A stretch of DNA of 64,000 nt from Eledone cirrhosa (lineage: Eukaryota): NCBI GenBank assembly GCA_964016885.1, contig OZ024751.1, positions 29,946,001-30,010,000 on the forward strand, given 5' to 3'. The stretch's first letter is position 1; every line of letters begins with the position of its first letter. Positions 1 to 13,676 of the stretch are shown piece by piece. The notes under the pieces were generated by a model. It did not search any database. It had not been told where the DNA came from and was given only the letters and a program-made list of their open reading frames with translations. A program made the position numbers and the translations under genes.

Positions 1-164
1 TAAAAGCAGGTCATCACGTTCTGTTCATATGCTCCATTTTTGGTTGGTTTCTATGGCTGAATGCCCTTCCACACAACAACCAATGTATCTACTGCTATTT
101 ACCAATCTTGTACATAATATGTATTTGTGTGTGTCTGCCTGTAAGGGGATCTATGTACATATAT

Positions 165-680
165 ACATGATGGCTGACCCCTTGTTATCGAGTATGGCCA
201 TTGCACGATATAACATTAATAATTATCAATTAATGCTATCATGCAATGCCTGTGCATAAAGATTTTTTTTTAAGTAAGGAAAGACTGAGCACTGAGCCAA
301 TCCCACTCTCTGAGCGACAGTGGCTGTAATCCGAAAAGAAGAAAAGATCAACATCATCGGTAACTACTGAGCCACAGGTTTTATGTTGGAGTTATCCCAG
401 TTTCCTGAGTTGCCTTCTCCTAGAAGAATGCCCTGACAAAGGCTCGGGGTCCTTCACTCCCAGTGGTTTAACTGAGCGACCCGGTGTCCAGCCCGATTAT
501 TTCTATGTCCCCGTGCATATACATACACATGCATACATGTATATACATATATATACATGGAAGATAGACGTTAAACGATGATGATGATGATATACAGTTA
601 TACACATGCATATATGTATATACATATTTACATATATTTGGATGGCCATTGACTCTTCTGAGTTCTTCCGCCCTTTGTCA
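165..680. repeat. Unclassified interspersed repeat shared with 16453-16940
   Basis: Shared motifs cgagtatggcca, tcaacatcat.gg, ttctcctagaa...gcc.tgacaaaggct and ttggatggccattgactctt. Confidence 0.5.
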
Positions 681-706
681 TATATACATACATACGTGTG
701 TTTGTT

Positions 707-976
707 TGTATGGACACAGTCATGGTTGTGTGAGTGTGTATGGACACAGTCATGGTTGTGTGAGTGTGTATGGACACAGTCATGGTTGTGTGTGTATGTA
801 TGGACACAGTCATGGTTGTGTGAGTGTGTATGGACACAGTCATGGTTGTGTGAGTGTGTATGGACACAGTCATGGTTGTGTGAGTGTGTATGGACACAGT
901 CATGGTTGTGTGTGTATGTATGGACACAGTCATGGTTGTGTGAGTGTGTATGTATGGGCACAGTCATGGTTGTGTG
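707..976. repeat. 30-bp minisatellite, ~9 copies
   Basis: Unit tggacacagtcatggttgtgtgagtgtgta starting at 711, 741 ... 921. Confidence 0.95.
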
Positions 977-1119
977 GTTTAGAAGTCCACTTCACAACCA
1001 TATTGTTTTAGATTCTTTCTCACTGTGTTACATTGGTCTTTTCCTATTATAGTGTGTGAAATTGGTAGACAGAGACTGTGAAGAAGTGCATTTCAACTGA
1101 TTGATCATTATCAAGGGCA

Positions 1120-1307
1120 GTGGATTGGTAGTATCGGTAGAGGGTCGGACGCCATGCTTTGACACATAGAGTTACGGCCCTTACCATTCTGAGTTCAAAT
1201 CCCGCCGAGGTTAACTTTTTCTTTCATCCTTACGGGGTCAATAAAATAAAGTACCAGTAATGCACTGGGATAATTGCTGGCCTTGTGCCAAAAGTAGAAA
1301 CAATTAT
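1120..1307 (+). mobile_element. SINE family A
   Basis: Full-length match to 46650-46828. Confidence 0.85.
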
Positions 1308-1346
1308 CATGATGATGATCCTCAAATTTTATGTCTGCTTTTCATG

Positions 1347-2105
1347 TTGTCATAGCATGGATGTTCTGTCACAATCTGTGACTATACATGTCATATCCAT
1401 CCCATTTCTATTGTTGTCATGGCTTAGAAGTACTGTCACGGTCTGTGACTATACATGTCATATCCATCTCATCATTGATGTCATGGCTTGGACGAGCTGT
1501 CGCTGTCTGTGACTATACATGTCATATCCATCTCATCAATGATGTCATAGCTTGGGCAAGCTGTCGCTGTCTGTGACTATACATGTCATATCGATCTCAT
1601 CATTGATGTCATAGCTTGGGCAAGCTGTCGCTGTCTGTGACTATACATGTCATATCGATCTCATCATTGATGTCATAGCTTGGGCAAGCTGTCGCTGTCT
1701 GTGACTATACATGTCATATCGATCTCATCATTGATGTCATCGCTTGGGCAAGCTGTCACGGTCTGTGACTATACATGTCATATCGATCTCATCATTGATG
1801 TCATGGCTTGGGCAAGCTGTCACGGTCTGTGACTATACATGTCATATCGATCTCATCATTGATGTCATGGCTTGGGCAAGCTGTCGCTGTCTGTGACTAT
1901 ACATGTTATAGAAATCTCATCTTCATTGTCATGACTTGGACATAGCTGTAATGGTCTGTGACTATATATGTTATAGAGATCTCATCATTGTCATGACTTG
2001 GACAAGCTCTCACTGTCTGTGACTATAGATGTTATACAGATTTCATTTTTGTGGTCATGGCTGGCTTGAATGAGCTGTCATGGTCTGTCATAGAGACCTC
2101 ATCTT
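1347..2105. repeat. 64-bp minisatellite, ~12 copies, homogeneous centre and diverged edges
   Basis: ctgtgactatac at 1443, 1507, 1571, 1635, 1699, 1763, 1827, 1891. Confidence 0.95.
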
Positions 2106-2610
2106 GCTCCAACTATGCCCAAGAATTGTGAACACAACAGCATTCCAGATGTCAGGAACCCAGACTTAGTCTTCAATTGAACCATGACTGCAGCTCAGTT
2201 AAAGAGTCATGGTGCAGAAAGACTCACTTGAAAAAAGGGTGATCACACCTGTTCACTCTCTATAAATGATTGCAAACACTGCAGCCTTGGTGCATGTTTG
2301 CACACCAGCATATATGGCATGGCTAGCCCTCGATACAAAGTGTGCTGGCAGCAGATGGATTGCTTGACTAGTAGAATGTAACCTTTCTACAATAAAGGAT
2401 TTTTTTTTTTCGTTCCTTCCTCTTCTCACTCTCTATTTTTCTATTTCATCTTTTATTTCTCATTCTATCATCTGATGAAGGACTAGTGTCCAAAACGTTA
2501 AGTCTCTTTTCCTATTATTTCAAGTGTGAAGCTAATATATTTCTTCATTTTAATGTGTCATTTACTTTGTTATTTTTGTTTACTTTTTACACACACACAC
2601 GTGTGTGTGT

Positions 2611-2812
2611 GAGAGTCTTGGGTTCAATGGGGATAACCACTGTAAGTAAGGTACTCAGTGCATAAGTAGAGTGAAGGCATCAAGTTTAATATAGAAATGA
2701 CTTCTACAGGATTAGAACTGTTTCATTTGAAAGAAATCATTAGGGCTTTCCTGATGATTTCTTTTGAATGAAACAGTTCTGGTTCAATAGAAGCCATTTC
2801 TATATTAAACTT
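2611..2812. mobile_element. Fold-back Penelope-like pLTR remnant (family P1)
   Basis: About 63-bp inverted arms (2682-2744 / 2750-2812) with CTGATGA...GAAAC starting at the apex and a one-sided ~70-bp tail. Sits between (TG)n and (TA)n. Homologous to 10671-10869. Confidence 0.6.
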
Positions 2813-2821
2813 TATATATAT

Positions 2822-3027
2822 ATAACAAAGGAGTTGTGGTAAGGAACCAGGTGGACCATAACACACAAGAGTACTCGATACTTAGGGTCGTAGAGTGGGT
2901 AATAGGAAAAGAGTCAGGACCCCGACGGCTGAGCTCCGGCCGTTTTGATAGCTAGTTCTGAACAGTTCAGATCTAGCTGTCGAAACGGCCGGAACTCAGC
3001 CGTCGGGGGCCTGACTCTTTTCCTTTA
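2822..3027. mobile_element. Fold-back element (family P2) in (TA)n
   Basis: 60-bp GC-rich inverted arms 2904-2963 / 2965-3024 plus a one-sided tail (accaggtggaccataac...gtactcgatac). A second copy lies in the opposite orientation at 36823-36987. Confidence 0.6.
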
Positions 3028-3033
3028 TATACA

Positions 3034-3071
<38 letters not shown>

Positions 3072-3073
3072 CA

Positions 3074-3135
<62 letters not shown>

Positions 3136-3144
3136 GAGATAGAG

Positions 3145-3182
<38 letters not shown>

Positions 3183-3219
3183 CTGGAAAACTTATATAAA
3201 ATGGATGAGAAATGAGGGA

Positions 3220-3252
<33 letters not shown>

Positions 3253-3878
3253 AGACATGCCAAGAGTTCCTAAGTACCTTAATTATGTGAATGGACATTG
3301 ATATGTTCTGATTGCTTCTTCTCACTGAATAAATGAATGATATGAATAAAATGAAATATATTTAGCGAGAGAGGGGGTGAGAGTGAGTGAGAGAGAAAGA
3401 GGGGGGGGAGAGTTAGGAGAAAGAAAACAAATTTAATAAAAATAATAAAAATCTCAAGAAAATAAAATAACTAGCAATTATCTTTAGGATTTTGTTATTG
3501 ACATTGTTGTTGTTTTTGTTGTTGCTATTACTATTACTAATTTTTGTACTTGTTATTGTCATTATTGTTTTTGTTGTTGCTGTAGTTGTTATTGTTGTCA
3601 TTATCGTTGTTGTTGTCATTCTGGTTGGTGTCATTGTTGCTATTACTACTATTAATATTTTTTTTATTATTGTAATTTTCATTGTAAGTGGTAGTTGTTG
3701 TAGTTATTGTTCTTGTTCTTATTGTTGCTGTAGTTATTGTTGTTGTTGCTTCTGTAATTGTTGTTGTTTCTCATTTATCCTGGTTTGTTGATTCAAGGGT
3801 TAGTATTCCTCCCTTAAACAGACCAACCTTTCTCACATCACAGACACACCCTCCTCTTTTTGATTGCTTGTTTGTCTG

Positions 3879-3950
<72 letters not shown>

Positions 3951-4104
3951 ATATTGTTTTGTAATATAAATTCTCCCACTCCCTCTTCACCATCACTACA
4001 ACCATGTCATGTCCAAAGTTTAGCTAACTAAACTGCCTGGTGCATATATATATATATACATATATATATTATATATATGCAATATATATATATATATGCT
4101 ATTG

Positions 4105-4161
<57 letters not shown>

Positions 4162-4196
4162 CATATATACATATATATATATATACACATATATAC

Positions 4197-4227
<31 letters not shown>

Positions 4228-5077
4228 CATATATACATTATATATATATATACATATATATATATATACATATATATATATGTACACCTTTTTATTATTG
4301 TCTTTCTCTCCGACTTCGACTTATGACGGTAAAATGAGGAAAACGTTTGATGTGCCATCCATACGATATAAAGGAGATCAAAAAGTGTTAATTTAGAATG
4401 ACAATGATTTCATTAAGAGACACACTCACACACACATACATTGTCTCCACACACTCACACACGTTGTCTCCACATTCACACACTCATACTCACACACACA
4501 CACATGCACACATCCATACGCACACATACATATTGTCTCCACCATCACCATCACAATGTCACCCTCTCCATCTCACCCTCCTCTTCCTCGCTGCTTTCCT
4601 CTGCCTCCCACTCCGTATTTATTTCAACAAACTTCAGTTTTTTTAGGCTTTTTTTTTTTTGCGTGTGTTGTGTTTTGAGGGAGCTGGGGTAGTATTGGGG
4701 TGGGTTGGAGGCTGAATTTTTGGTCTTTTATTTCTTCCTTCTGTTTCCATTCCAATCGATATTTTCTAACTCTCTACCTAACAAATAATAATAACAACAA
4801 CAACAACGACAACAACAACAACAATAATAATAATATAATAAAAATGCAAAAAATGACAACCAAAAAAATGTTTTTTTTCCTCTTTCACTCCCCCAACTCT
4901 GTCATGTCACTCACCCTATAATCTTCACATATATTTTTTTTTGTTTTATTTTATATTTATTTTCATTTTTTTTTTTGTTACTATATTTTATACAGTTATC
5001 ATTATAATGTTAAGTGGATACAATACAGACTTTTTATTTTATTTTATTACATATATTATATATACATACATATATAT

Positions 5078-5128
<51 letters not shown>

Positions 5129-6085
5129 TACATAAACATATATATAAACATATATATATATATAAATATATATATATACATAAACATATATATAAGTATA
5201 TATATATATATATATATGAGTGTTTGTGTGTGTTGTTTATATGTTTATATATGAATTCCAGTGATGAGACAGAAATATAAACTTATTGAGCTCCCCCACC
5301 TCCACCCGGACATGCCTTATGATGGGGTGAGAGGTCAACTGTTTCGTTATACACCTAACCTTTAAATCATTGACCCAGTATAATGTTGTTGTTATTGTTA
5401 TTGTGACTCTTGAACCAACACCACCTACCTCAAACCACCCACATCACCGTCACAACATCCACCACCACCACCACCACCTTGATCACTAATTGACAATGGA
5501 TAAGGTAAAATCTGTTATCTATCATCCATTTATCTTGAGTGTACATCTGGGTGATATCTTGAGTAAGTGGCTTTAATACATCATTCTCTGGTTGACACAA
5601 AACGTTGTCAGTGAAATTGGGTTGACTGAAACTATGTGGAAGCCCGCTGGATTGGACCTGATTCAAAGGTTCACCCTTGTTATATATTGTGTCACATTGA
5701 TTCAGCTTGGGAGTTATGTTAAGGCAACACATGTCTGTGGAATACTCAATCACTTAGATTATAAGACCAGATGGATTGTGCTTGAAATTCATATCATCAT
5801 TATCATCATCGTTTAACGTCCATCTTCCATGCTAACATGGGTTGGATGGTTTTGTTGCACCTGAGGCAGGATTGGTCGGGAGACCGTGTCTCACTCATAC
5901 ACAGAACTGTCCCTGGCAGGTTTTCTATGGCTGGATGCCCTTCCTAACGCCAACCACATTTACAGTGTGGACTGGGAGCCTTTTTAAATATGTGGTATGG
6001 TCTCTCTCCCTTTTCTTAGTATTGATACTCAATCTGATACCATACTCGTAATACTTTGTGGCCTCTGTGATGTTGAGTGCTTTAA

Positions 6086-6302
6086 CCCTTTAGCATTTAA
6101 ACTGGCCATATCCAGCCAGAATTCTCTCACCTCTTTCTGTTCTGGTCGTAACTGGCAACTCATACTGATATTAAGGCATTGTTCTCAAAATAAGTAATAT
6201 CAAAATCTCATAGATTTGATATTATGTAAAATAATTATGTAAGCTCAAGCCTTTACCATGAAAATATGATAGTAAATATAGAGTAATGTAAATGCTAAAG
6301 GG
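6086..6302 (+). mobile_element. piggyBac-type MITE family D
   Basis: TTAA|CCCTTTAGCATTTA ... TAAATGCTAAAGGG|TTAA: 14-bp TIR with TTAA TSD. At least 8 copies in the window. Confidence 0.85.
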
Positions 6303-6358
6303 TTAAAATTCACCACAGGCCACTGAAACTTTGGTTTGGATCACTGGTGATTCAATAA

Positions 6359-6672
6359 AATCATGTTGTACTTCATTGACTTATGACATCTGGTACATGT
6401 ATCAGAACAACTGGAATCATGTATTTCACTAGTTTATGACATCTGGTACATGTATCAGAACAACTGGAATCATGTATTTCACTGGTTTATGATATCTGGT
6501 ACGTGTATCAGAACAACTGGAATCATGTATTTCACTGGTTTATGATATCTGGTACAGGTATTAGAACAACTGGAATCATGTACTTCACTGGTTTATGACA
6601 TCTGGTACATGTATTAGAACAACTGGTGTCATGTACTTCACTGGTTTATGACATCTGCTACATGCATCAGCA
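6359..6672. repeat. 53-bp minisatellite, ~6 copies
   Basis: Unit tcatgtatttcactggtttatgacatctggtacatgtatcagaacaactggaa. Confidence 0.9.
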
Positions 6673-6799
6673 GGGTTTGAAATCAGAATGTAAAGGACCA
6701 TAACTATATGCTGCAGAGCATAATGTTAGATACTCTACCAACACTTCCAATACTACACCACAATAATAATAATAATAAAGAAATCATTATTATTATTAG

Positions 6800-7520
6800 T
6801 ATCAGTAGAGGGTTGGACGCCATGCTTTCCAGCATAGAGTTACACCCCTTTATCGTTTGAATTCAAATCTCGCCGAGTTTAATTTTGCCTTTCATCCTTA
6901 CGAGGTCAATAAAATAAAGTACCAGTAACATACTGGGGTCGATTTAATCGACTTTCCCCTGCCCTCAAATTACTAGCCTTGTGCCTATACTAGAAATCAT
7001 TACTATTGTGGTGGTGTATTGACAGTGTTGGCAGAGAGTCTGACATTATACTCTGCAGCATAGAGTTATGGTCTTTTACATTCTGATTTCAAACCCTGCT
7101 GAAGTTAGCTTTGCCTTTCATCCTTACAAGGTCGATAAAATAAAGCACTGGGGTCAATTTAATCAACTTGCCCATCCCCACAAAATTGCTGGCCTTGTGC
7201 CTAAATCAGAAACCATTATTATTATCATTGTTGAGTTCAAATCCTACCAAGGTGAGCTTTGCCTTTCATCCTTACGGAGTCAATAAAATAAAGTACCAGT
7301 CACGCACTGGTGTCGATTTAATCGACTTTCCCCTCCCCCAAAATTGTTGACTTGTGCCTATATAAGAAACCATTATTATCATATTCGAACCCTTGCCATT
7401 CTGAGTTCAAATCCCGCCGAGGTTAACTTTACCTTTCATCCTTACGGGGTCGATAAAATAAAGTACCAGTAATGTACTGGGTAATTGCTGACCTTGTGCC
7501 TAAAGTAGAAACAATTATTA
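6800..7520 (+). mobile_element. Tandem cluster of four SINE A copies
   Basis: Four occurrences of ttcaaa.cc...ctttcatccttac...aaaataaag and cttgtgccta...agaaa.cattatt. Confidence 0.8.
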
Positions 7521-8027
7521 TTGTTGTTGTTGTTGTTGTTGTTGCTGGCAATGTTGCTATTTATTATTAACACAGATCAACTTGTAGGATCATTTGTTTA
7601 AGTTAATCCCAATTATTATATACAAGCACTGACCATCATCATCATCATCATCACCAATTGTCATTGCCCCTCTACCCCCAATCTCTCTCTCTCATCATCA
7701 TCATCGTCACCTATTGCCATTGCCCCTCTACCCCCAATCTCTCTCTCTCATCATCATCATCATCATCACCAATTGTCATTGCCCCTCTACCCCCAATCTC
7801 TCTCTCATCATCATCATCACCTATTGTCATTGCTCTTCCCTCCTCTCTCCCTTTCTCATGGCTGGCACTGATACAACAACAACAACAACAACCACAACTT
7901 AATTTAATTGCAACTACTCTGGCTAAAAGCTAATATTTCATAACCTTTCACCTCCCTTACAAGGCAGGCTGAACTTTTAGTTTACTAATTACTGGCTAAT
8001 GTTATTGCTCTGGTTCACTGACAGTAA

Positions 8028-8665
8028 AATATACACTCACTCCTTACAATATATACACCTATTAGTTACAATATATACACTCACATACCAACTATTGATA
8101 ATATATACACTCATATACAATCTACTGATGCAATATATACACCTATTAGTTACAATATATACACCCACATACCAACTATTGATAATATATACACCCTATA
8201 TATACACTCACATACAATCTACTGATACAATATATACACCTATTAGTTACAATATATACACTCACATACCAACTATTGATAATATATACACCCATTAGTT
8301 ACAATATATACACTCATATACAATCCACTGATACAATATATACACCTATTAGTTACAATATATACACTCACATACCAACTATTGATAATATATACACCCA
8401 TTAGTTACAATATATACACTCATATACAATCTACTGATACAATATATACACCTATTAGTTACAATATATACACTCATATACAATCTACTGATACAATATA
8501 TACACCTATTAGTTACAATATATACACTCACATACCAACTATTGATAATATATACACCCATTAGTTACAATATATACACTCATATACAATCTACTGATAC
8601 AATATATACACCCACATATCAACTATTACCAATATATACACCCATTAGTGACAATATATACACCA
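8028..8665. repeat. Composite minisatellite built on aatatatacac with alternating linkers
   Basis: Linkers ctattagttac, tcatatacaatctactgatac and tcacataccaactattgat. Confidence 0.9.
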
Positions 8666-8716
8666 AATAACTACTACTACTACAAATAACTGCTGCTGCT
8701 ACTACTATTGGTAGTG

Positions 8717-8749
<33 letters not shown>

Positions 8750-8862
8750 TTCCTACATGGTTTACTAATTCAACACTTGATTTCATGGCAAGGTTAAACT
8801 GTGTTTGAACCTTCAATAACTATTAATTGCTTTGCTATTCATTGACGGGGGGGGGGGGGTAT

Positions 8863-8863
<1 letters not shown>

Positions 8864-8941
<78 letters not shown>

Positions 8942-8974
8942 TACCATGCACACCATGCACACACACATGTGCAA

Positions 8975-9013
<39 letters not shown>

Positions 9014-9100
9014 CATATGTATATGTATATATATATACATATATACATATGTATATGTATATATATATACATATATACATATGTATATATATATATATAT

Positions 9101-9145
<45 letters not shown>

Positions 9146-9248
9146 TACATATATAGATATGTATATGTATATGTATATATATATACATATATACATATGT
9201 ATATGTATATACATATATACATATGTATATATATATATATATATATAC

Positions 9249-9334
<86 letters not shown>

Positions 9335-9335
9335 G

Positions 9336-9370
<35 letters not shown>

Positions 9371-9459
9371 ATATATATATATGTATATATATGTATATAT
9401 ATATATATGTATATATATGTATATATATATGTATATATATATATATGTATATATATATG

Positions 9460-9515
<56 letters not shown>

Positions 9516-9584
9516 CATATATACATATGTATATGTATATACATATATACATATGTATATATATATATATGTATATATATATAC

Positions 9585-9634
<50 letters not shown>

Positions 9635-9635
9635 G
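8864..9635. repeat. (CA)n/(TA)n mosaic microsatellite, representative of many such tracts (e.g. 4040-4282, 20268-20825, 25885-26375, 38635-38891, 57405-57905)
   Basis: Direct inspection. These tracts are the source of the IYIY/THTH ORFs. Confidence 0.98.
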
Positions 9636-10132
9636 CACAGATCTATGTATGCCACATGAACCAACCAAAGCTGAAATTTAGAAGTCACTTTTCAACACAG
9701 AAAAAATTTACCTTCTACTTTGTGGTGGTGGTGGTGGTGGTAGGTGCAGTGGTTTAGAGCACTCTACTTGGTGGTGGTGGTGGTGATGGTGGTGGTGGCA
9801 GTGGGAGTAGGAGTCAGTCTGCTTACAAAATCCAATAAGATGATATTGTCCTCTATAATTATAGAAATTGTAATTCTGTGTCTGGAGATAGGTGAGTTGC
9901 TGATGAACTGTGATGATAGTGAAATACATCCACTGTTGTTAGCCTGGTTGATGGGTAACCACACCTTAAAATACTCTGAACAAGACTAAATGTATGTTTC
10001 TTATAGACAAACATATTGTATATTGATTCATGCACACCCTTATATTATCATCATCATCATCATCGTCACCATTATCATCTTTATCATCAGCATTATCGTC
10101 GTCATTTAATCATCTCACCAGCACTAGGGAGA

Positions 10133-10353
10133 TATGTAACAAATTACTGATAAGTTTCAGAAAGCTGGTACAGTGTGGTAGAAATATATAAAGAGAAAGT
10201 CTGATAAATAAAACAAAGCAAAGTAATGTTTTACCCAGTATATTTCAGGGCTAAAACCCCCTTTTCAAATGTTTTATTTGCCATCCTTTGCCCTTTATAT
10301 ATTTCTACCGCATTGTCCTGTCTTTCTGACACTTATCAGTTATTTATTACATA
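10133..10353. mobile_element. Old fold-back element with ~61-bp imperfect inverted arms
   Basis: Arms 10133-10193 / 10293-10353. The spacer on the minus strand has TTGAAAA-GGGG(GTTTTAG)CCCT-GAAATATA, a decayed hammerhead-like core. Confidence 0.4.
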
Positions 10354-10361
10354 AACACAGT

Positions 10362-10433
<72 letters not shown>

Positions 10434-10670
10434 TTTCCCTTTGGTATTTGTCGTTGTTATATACTATGGCTACATACACCTGGTCTATATATTATTCATT
10501 ATGTTTCCCTCATATAACTTAATGTGTTCATTCTGATGGAGAAATTAATTTATTCCCTCATCATTGTTTAGTTGGGGACTGCCTCAAATAATTCAACTGG
10601 TGTTTTCCCTAGTGCAGCTTCAGCTTTGATGTGATACTTGATACATACATTCAAATATATATATATATAA

Positions 10671-10869
10671 GTTATTCCGGGTTGAATCGGGGGTAACCAC
10701 AGTAAGTAAGGTACTCAATACATAGCAGAGTATGCATATTTTAATATAGAAAAGCTTCTACAGGACTAGAACTGTTTAATTCGTGAAAAATCATCAAGGA
10801 GCGCTTCCTGATGATTTCTCACGAATGAAACCGTTCTAGTCCTCTACAAGCTTTTCTATATTAAAATAT
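10671..10869. mobile_element. Fold-back Penelope-like pLTR remnant (family P1)
   Basis: Inverted arms ~10736-10801 / 10804-10869 around agcgct, CTGATGA at 10808, same tail as the 2611 copy (taaccacWgtaagtaaggtactca), (TA)n on both sides. Confidence 0.6.
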
Positions 10870-10932
10870 ATATATAATTGAAAAAGTGGAGAATAACATG
10901 GTCAACAGTACAAAAAAAAGGGATTTATTTAC

Positions 10933-11040
10933 AGTCTGACAATTGTTTCACTGATAAAGATGTCTAAAAATTGCTGAACACTAGAAGCAGTGCCACTCAA
11001 TTTTAAATACGATGTTAGCTCGATCAGATCTTCGGAAACT
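10933..11040 (-). ncRNA. Degenerate type I hammerhead ribozyme with long stem II loop
   Basis: Minus strand reads AGTTT-CCGAAGA-tCTGAT...(~67 nt)...ATCAGt-GAAAC-AATT-GTC|AGACT. Core CUGAAGA is mutated to CCGAAGA. Confidence 0.55.
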
Positions 11041-11699
11041 ATTATAAAAAATATATATATAACCCGCAAATTTACAAATTCAAATTATATCATCAATAAT
11101 AATATTAATAATAAAGATAGAGAGAGAAAAGAAGGAAGAAAGGGAGATAGATAAAGTAAAGAAAGAAAAAAGAAGGAAAAAGAAAAAGAGAAAGGAGAAA
11201 AATATAAAGATGAGAAAATATATGGAAAATGATGGTAAACAGAGGAGAGACAAACATAAGGAGAAGTAACTTAGGATAGAAAGAAAAATAGAGGGAAAAA
11301 TAATGATATCAGCAAATGAATAAACATTAATACATGAATAAATGTAAATAAAAATAAATATATAAAAAATATATAAAATATATATATATAGATATATATA
11401 TCGATATATATGTGTGTGTGTGTGTGTGTATATACACTTCGTTTTTGTATTTCTTTTACAAGATTTCTTATCTGAAAACGTGTGTTGAAACAGATATTGT
11501 TATACTTTGGGAGGGTCATGTTGCCAATAAAAACACATGCACCTGTTGAATTTCACTTGAATTTATTATAAACTCTCAGTTGGTTAGTTTAATAAGTGGT
11601 TGGTTGTTAAGTTGATTGTCAAAGCTCTTTTGTCACACATAGTGTGACCTCAGTGCCTACCTTTTGTTGTTATTTTGTGTCTCTCCTTCTTGTTTCAAT

Positions 11700-12900
11700 G
11701 CCACACTACACCACACTACACCACACTACATCACAGCAATCCACACAACACCAAACTACACCACACCTTGCCATATCACACAGCTCCAAACTACACCACA
11801 CCACACTGCACCACACCACACTATACCACAGCATACCACATTACACCACACTGCACCACACCATACTACATCATACCACACTGCACCACACCACACAACA
11901 CCACACCACAACATATCACACCACACCACACCACAACACAACACCACACCACACTGCACCGCACCACACCGCACCGCTACACACCACACCGCACCGCACC
12001 GCACCACACCACACCGCACCACACCACACCACACCGCACCGCACCACACCACACCGCACCACACCACACAACACCACACCACACTATACCACACCACACC
12101 ACACCACACCACATCACATCACATGACACCACAACACCACACCACACTATACTACACCACACCACAACACCACACAACACCACACCACACCGCACCGCAC
12201 CGCACCGCACCACACCACACCACACCACACCACACTATACCACACCACACTATACCACACCACACCGCACCACACCACACCACACTATACCACACCACAC
12301 TATACCACACCACACCACACCACACCGCACCACACCACACTATACCACACCACACTATACCACACCACACTATACCACACCACACCGCACCACACCACAC
12401 CACACTATACCACACCACACTATACCACACCACACCGCACCACACCACACCACACCACACCACACCAGACCCATCTCATCTCCCTTCAGCTACATGTCAA
12501 CTTCACCTCTTCACAAAATGCATGGTTTCGCATATTTTTCAAAAACGTTCCAACACACAATCAGCTATCATCTTAATCACCACCATCATCACCATCATCA
12601 CCATCATCATCACCATCATCACCATCACCATCATCATCACCATTATCATCACCATTATCATCACCATCATCATCACCATCATCATCACCATTATCATCAC
12701 CATCATCATCACCATTATCATCACCATCATCATCACCATTATCATCACCATTATCATCATTATTAATCATCACCATCATCATCATCATCATCAACATCAT
12801 TATTATTATAATCTTCATCATCATTATTATTGTAATCATCACCACTATCGTCATCATCATGGCCATCATAATCATCATCATCATCATTATTATTATTGTC
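11700..12900. repeat. (CACAC)n pentanucleotide tract followed by (CAT/CAC)n
   Basis: 11700-12466 caccacac with cgcac and tatac variants; 12565-12900 trinucleotide. Confidence 0.95.
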
Positions 12901-13336
12901 AGTGAGAAACGATCTGATATCTGATGCTGGGGAAACAAACGAATGTATGGATGTGATGTCGGCGTGAAATCTGTGTAGAAGAAGAGGATTTGTAGGGCTA
13001 ATCTATTCATAGTGGACAGTTTCTCACACTATTTAGCCATCCCTTCTCTCTCCCCCACCTCACCCTGTCTTCTCCCCCCCCCCCCCCCCGCCCCTCACAT
13101 CACTTCATTTCTGCTTCATATTGTCTTCATCTACTGATTAACTAAAGCTGTTCACTTGCATGGTCATTGCCGTCCGGACTGTCTTTGACCACCGGTTACT
13201 GGTTAATTGTCTTCTATACAAAGACAATGCTCTTTAAATGCCTATTGCTTGCTTGGCGTTCAATTGAGGAAGGATTAAAAAGAGAAAGGCTACACACACA
13301 TACATACACAAACATATATACATAGTCACACATATG

Positions 13337-13367
<31 letters not shown>

Positions 13368-13676
13368 GGTTGATTTGGTAGAGTCAGTTAGGCGTTGCAT
13401 ATTTTTTCTGTGTCCCTCTGTTCTGAGTTCTGAGTTCAATTCCTGTTGAGCTCCACTTAACTTGTCTACCTGTTAGCGGCCCGATAAAGAAAGTACCAGA
13501 CCAGTGTTGGTGTAACCCACTTTCCTTGCAGCTGTCACATCCTCATTGTTCCATTGGATCAAAGGAAGGAGCATCAAGCGTCTGTCTGTATCTGATTGCA
13601 ACCACATAGGTACCTGAAACTATTAGCAAAAGCCTGATACATACTACTAAGTCATACTTGATTGTGAGCACTAGCA

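Noticed and set aside
1347-2105. Regular arrays resembling CRISPR (also 707-976, 13677-14165, 43915-44398)
   Set aside because: Head-to-tail repeats without unique spacers, no cas genes, and a eukaryotic context.
8813-9757. Long ORFs of [12 protein letters not shown] type here and throughout the window
   Set aside because: Translations of (TA)n, (CA)n and (TG)n microsatellites, which lack stop codons in several frames.
11644-13010. His/Thr/Pro-rich ORFs up to 413 aa
   Set aside because: Pentanucleotide and trinucleotide repeats open in most frames on both strands; no splice or codon evidence.
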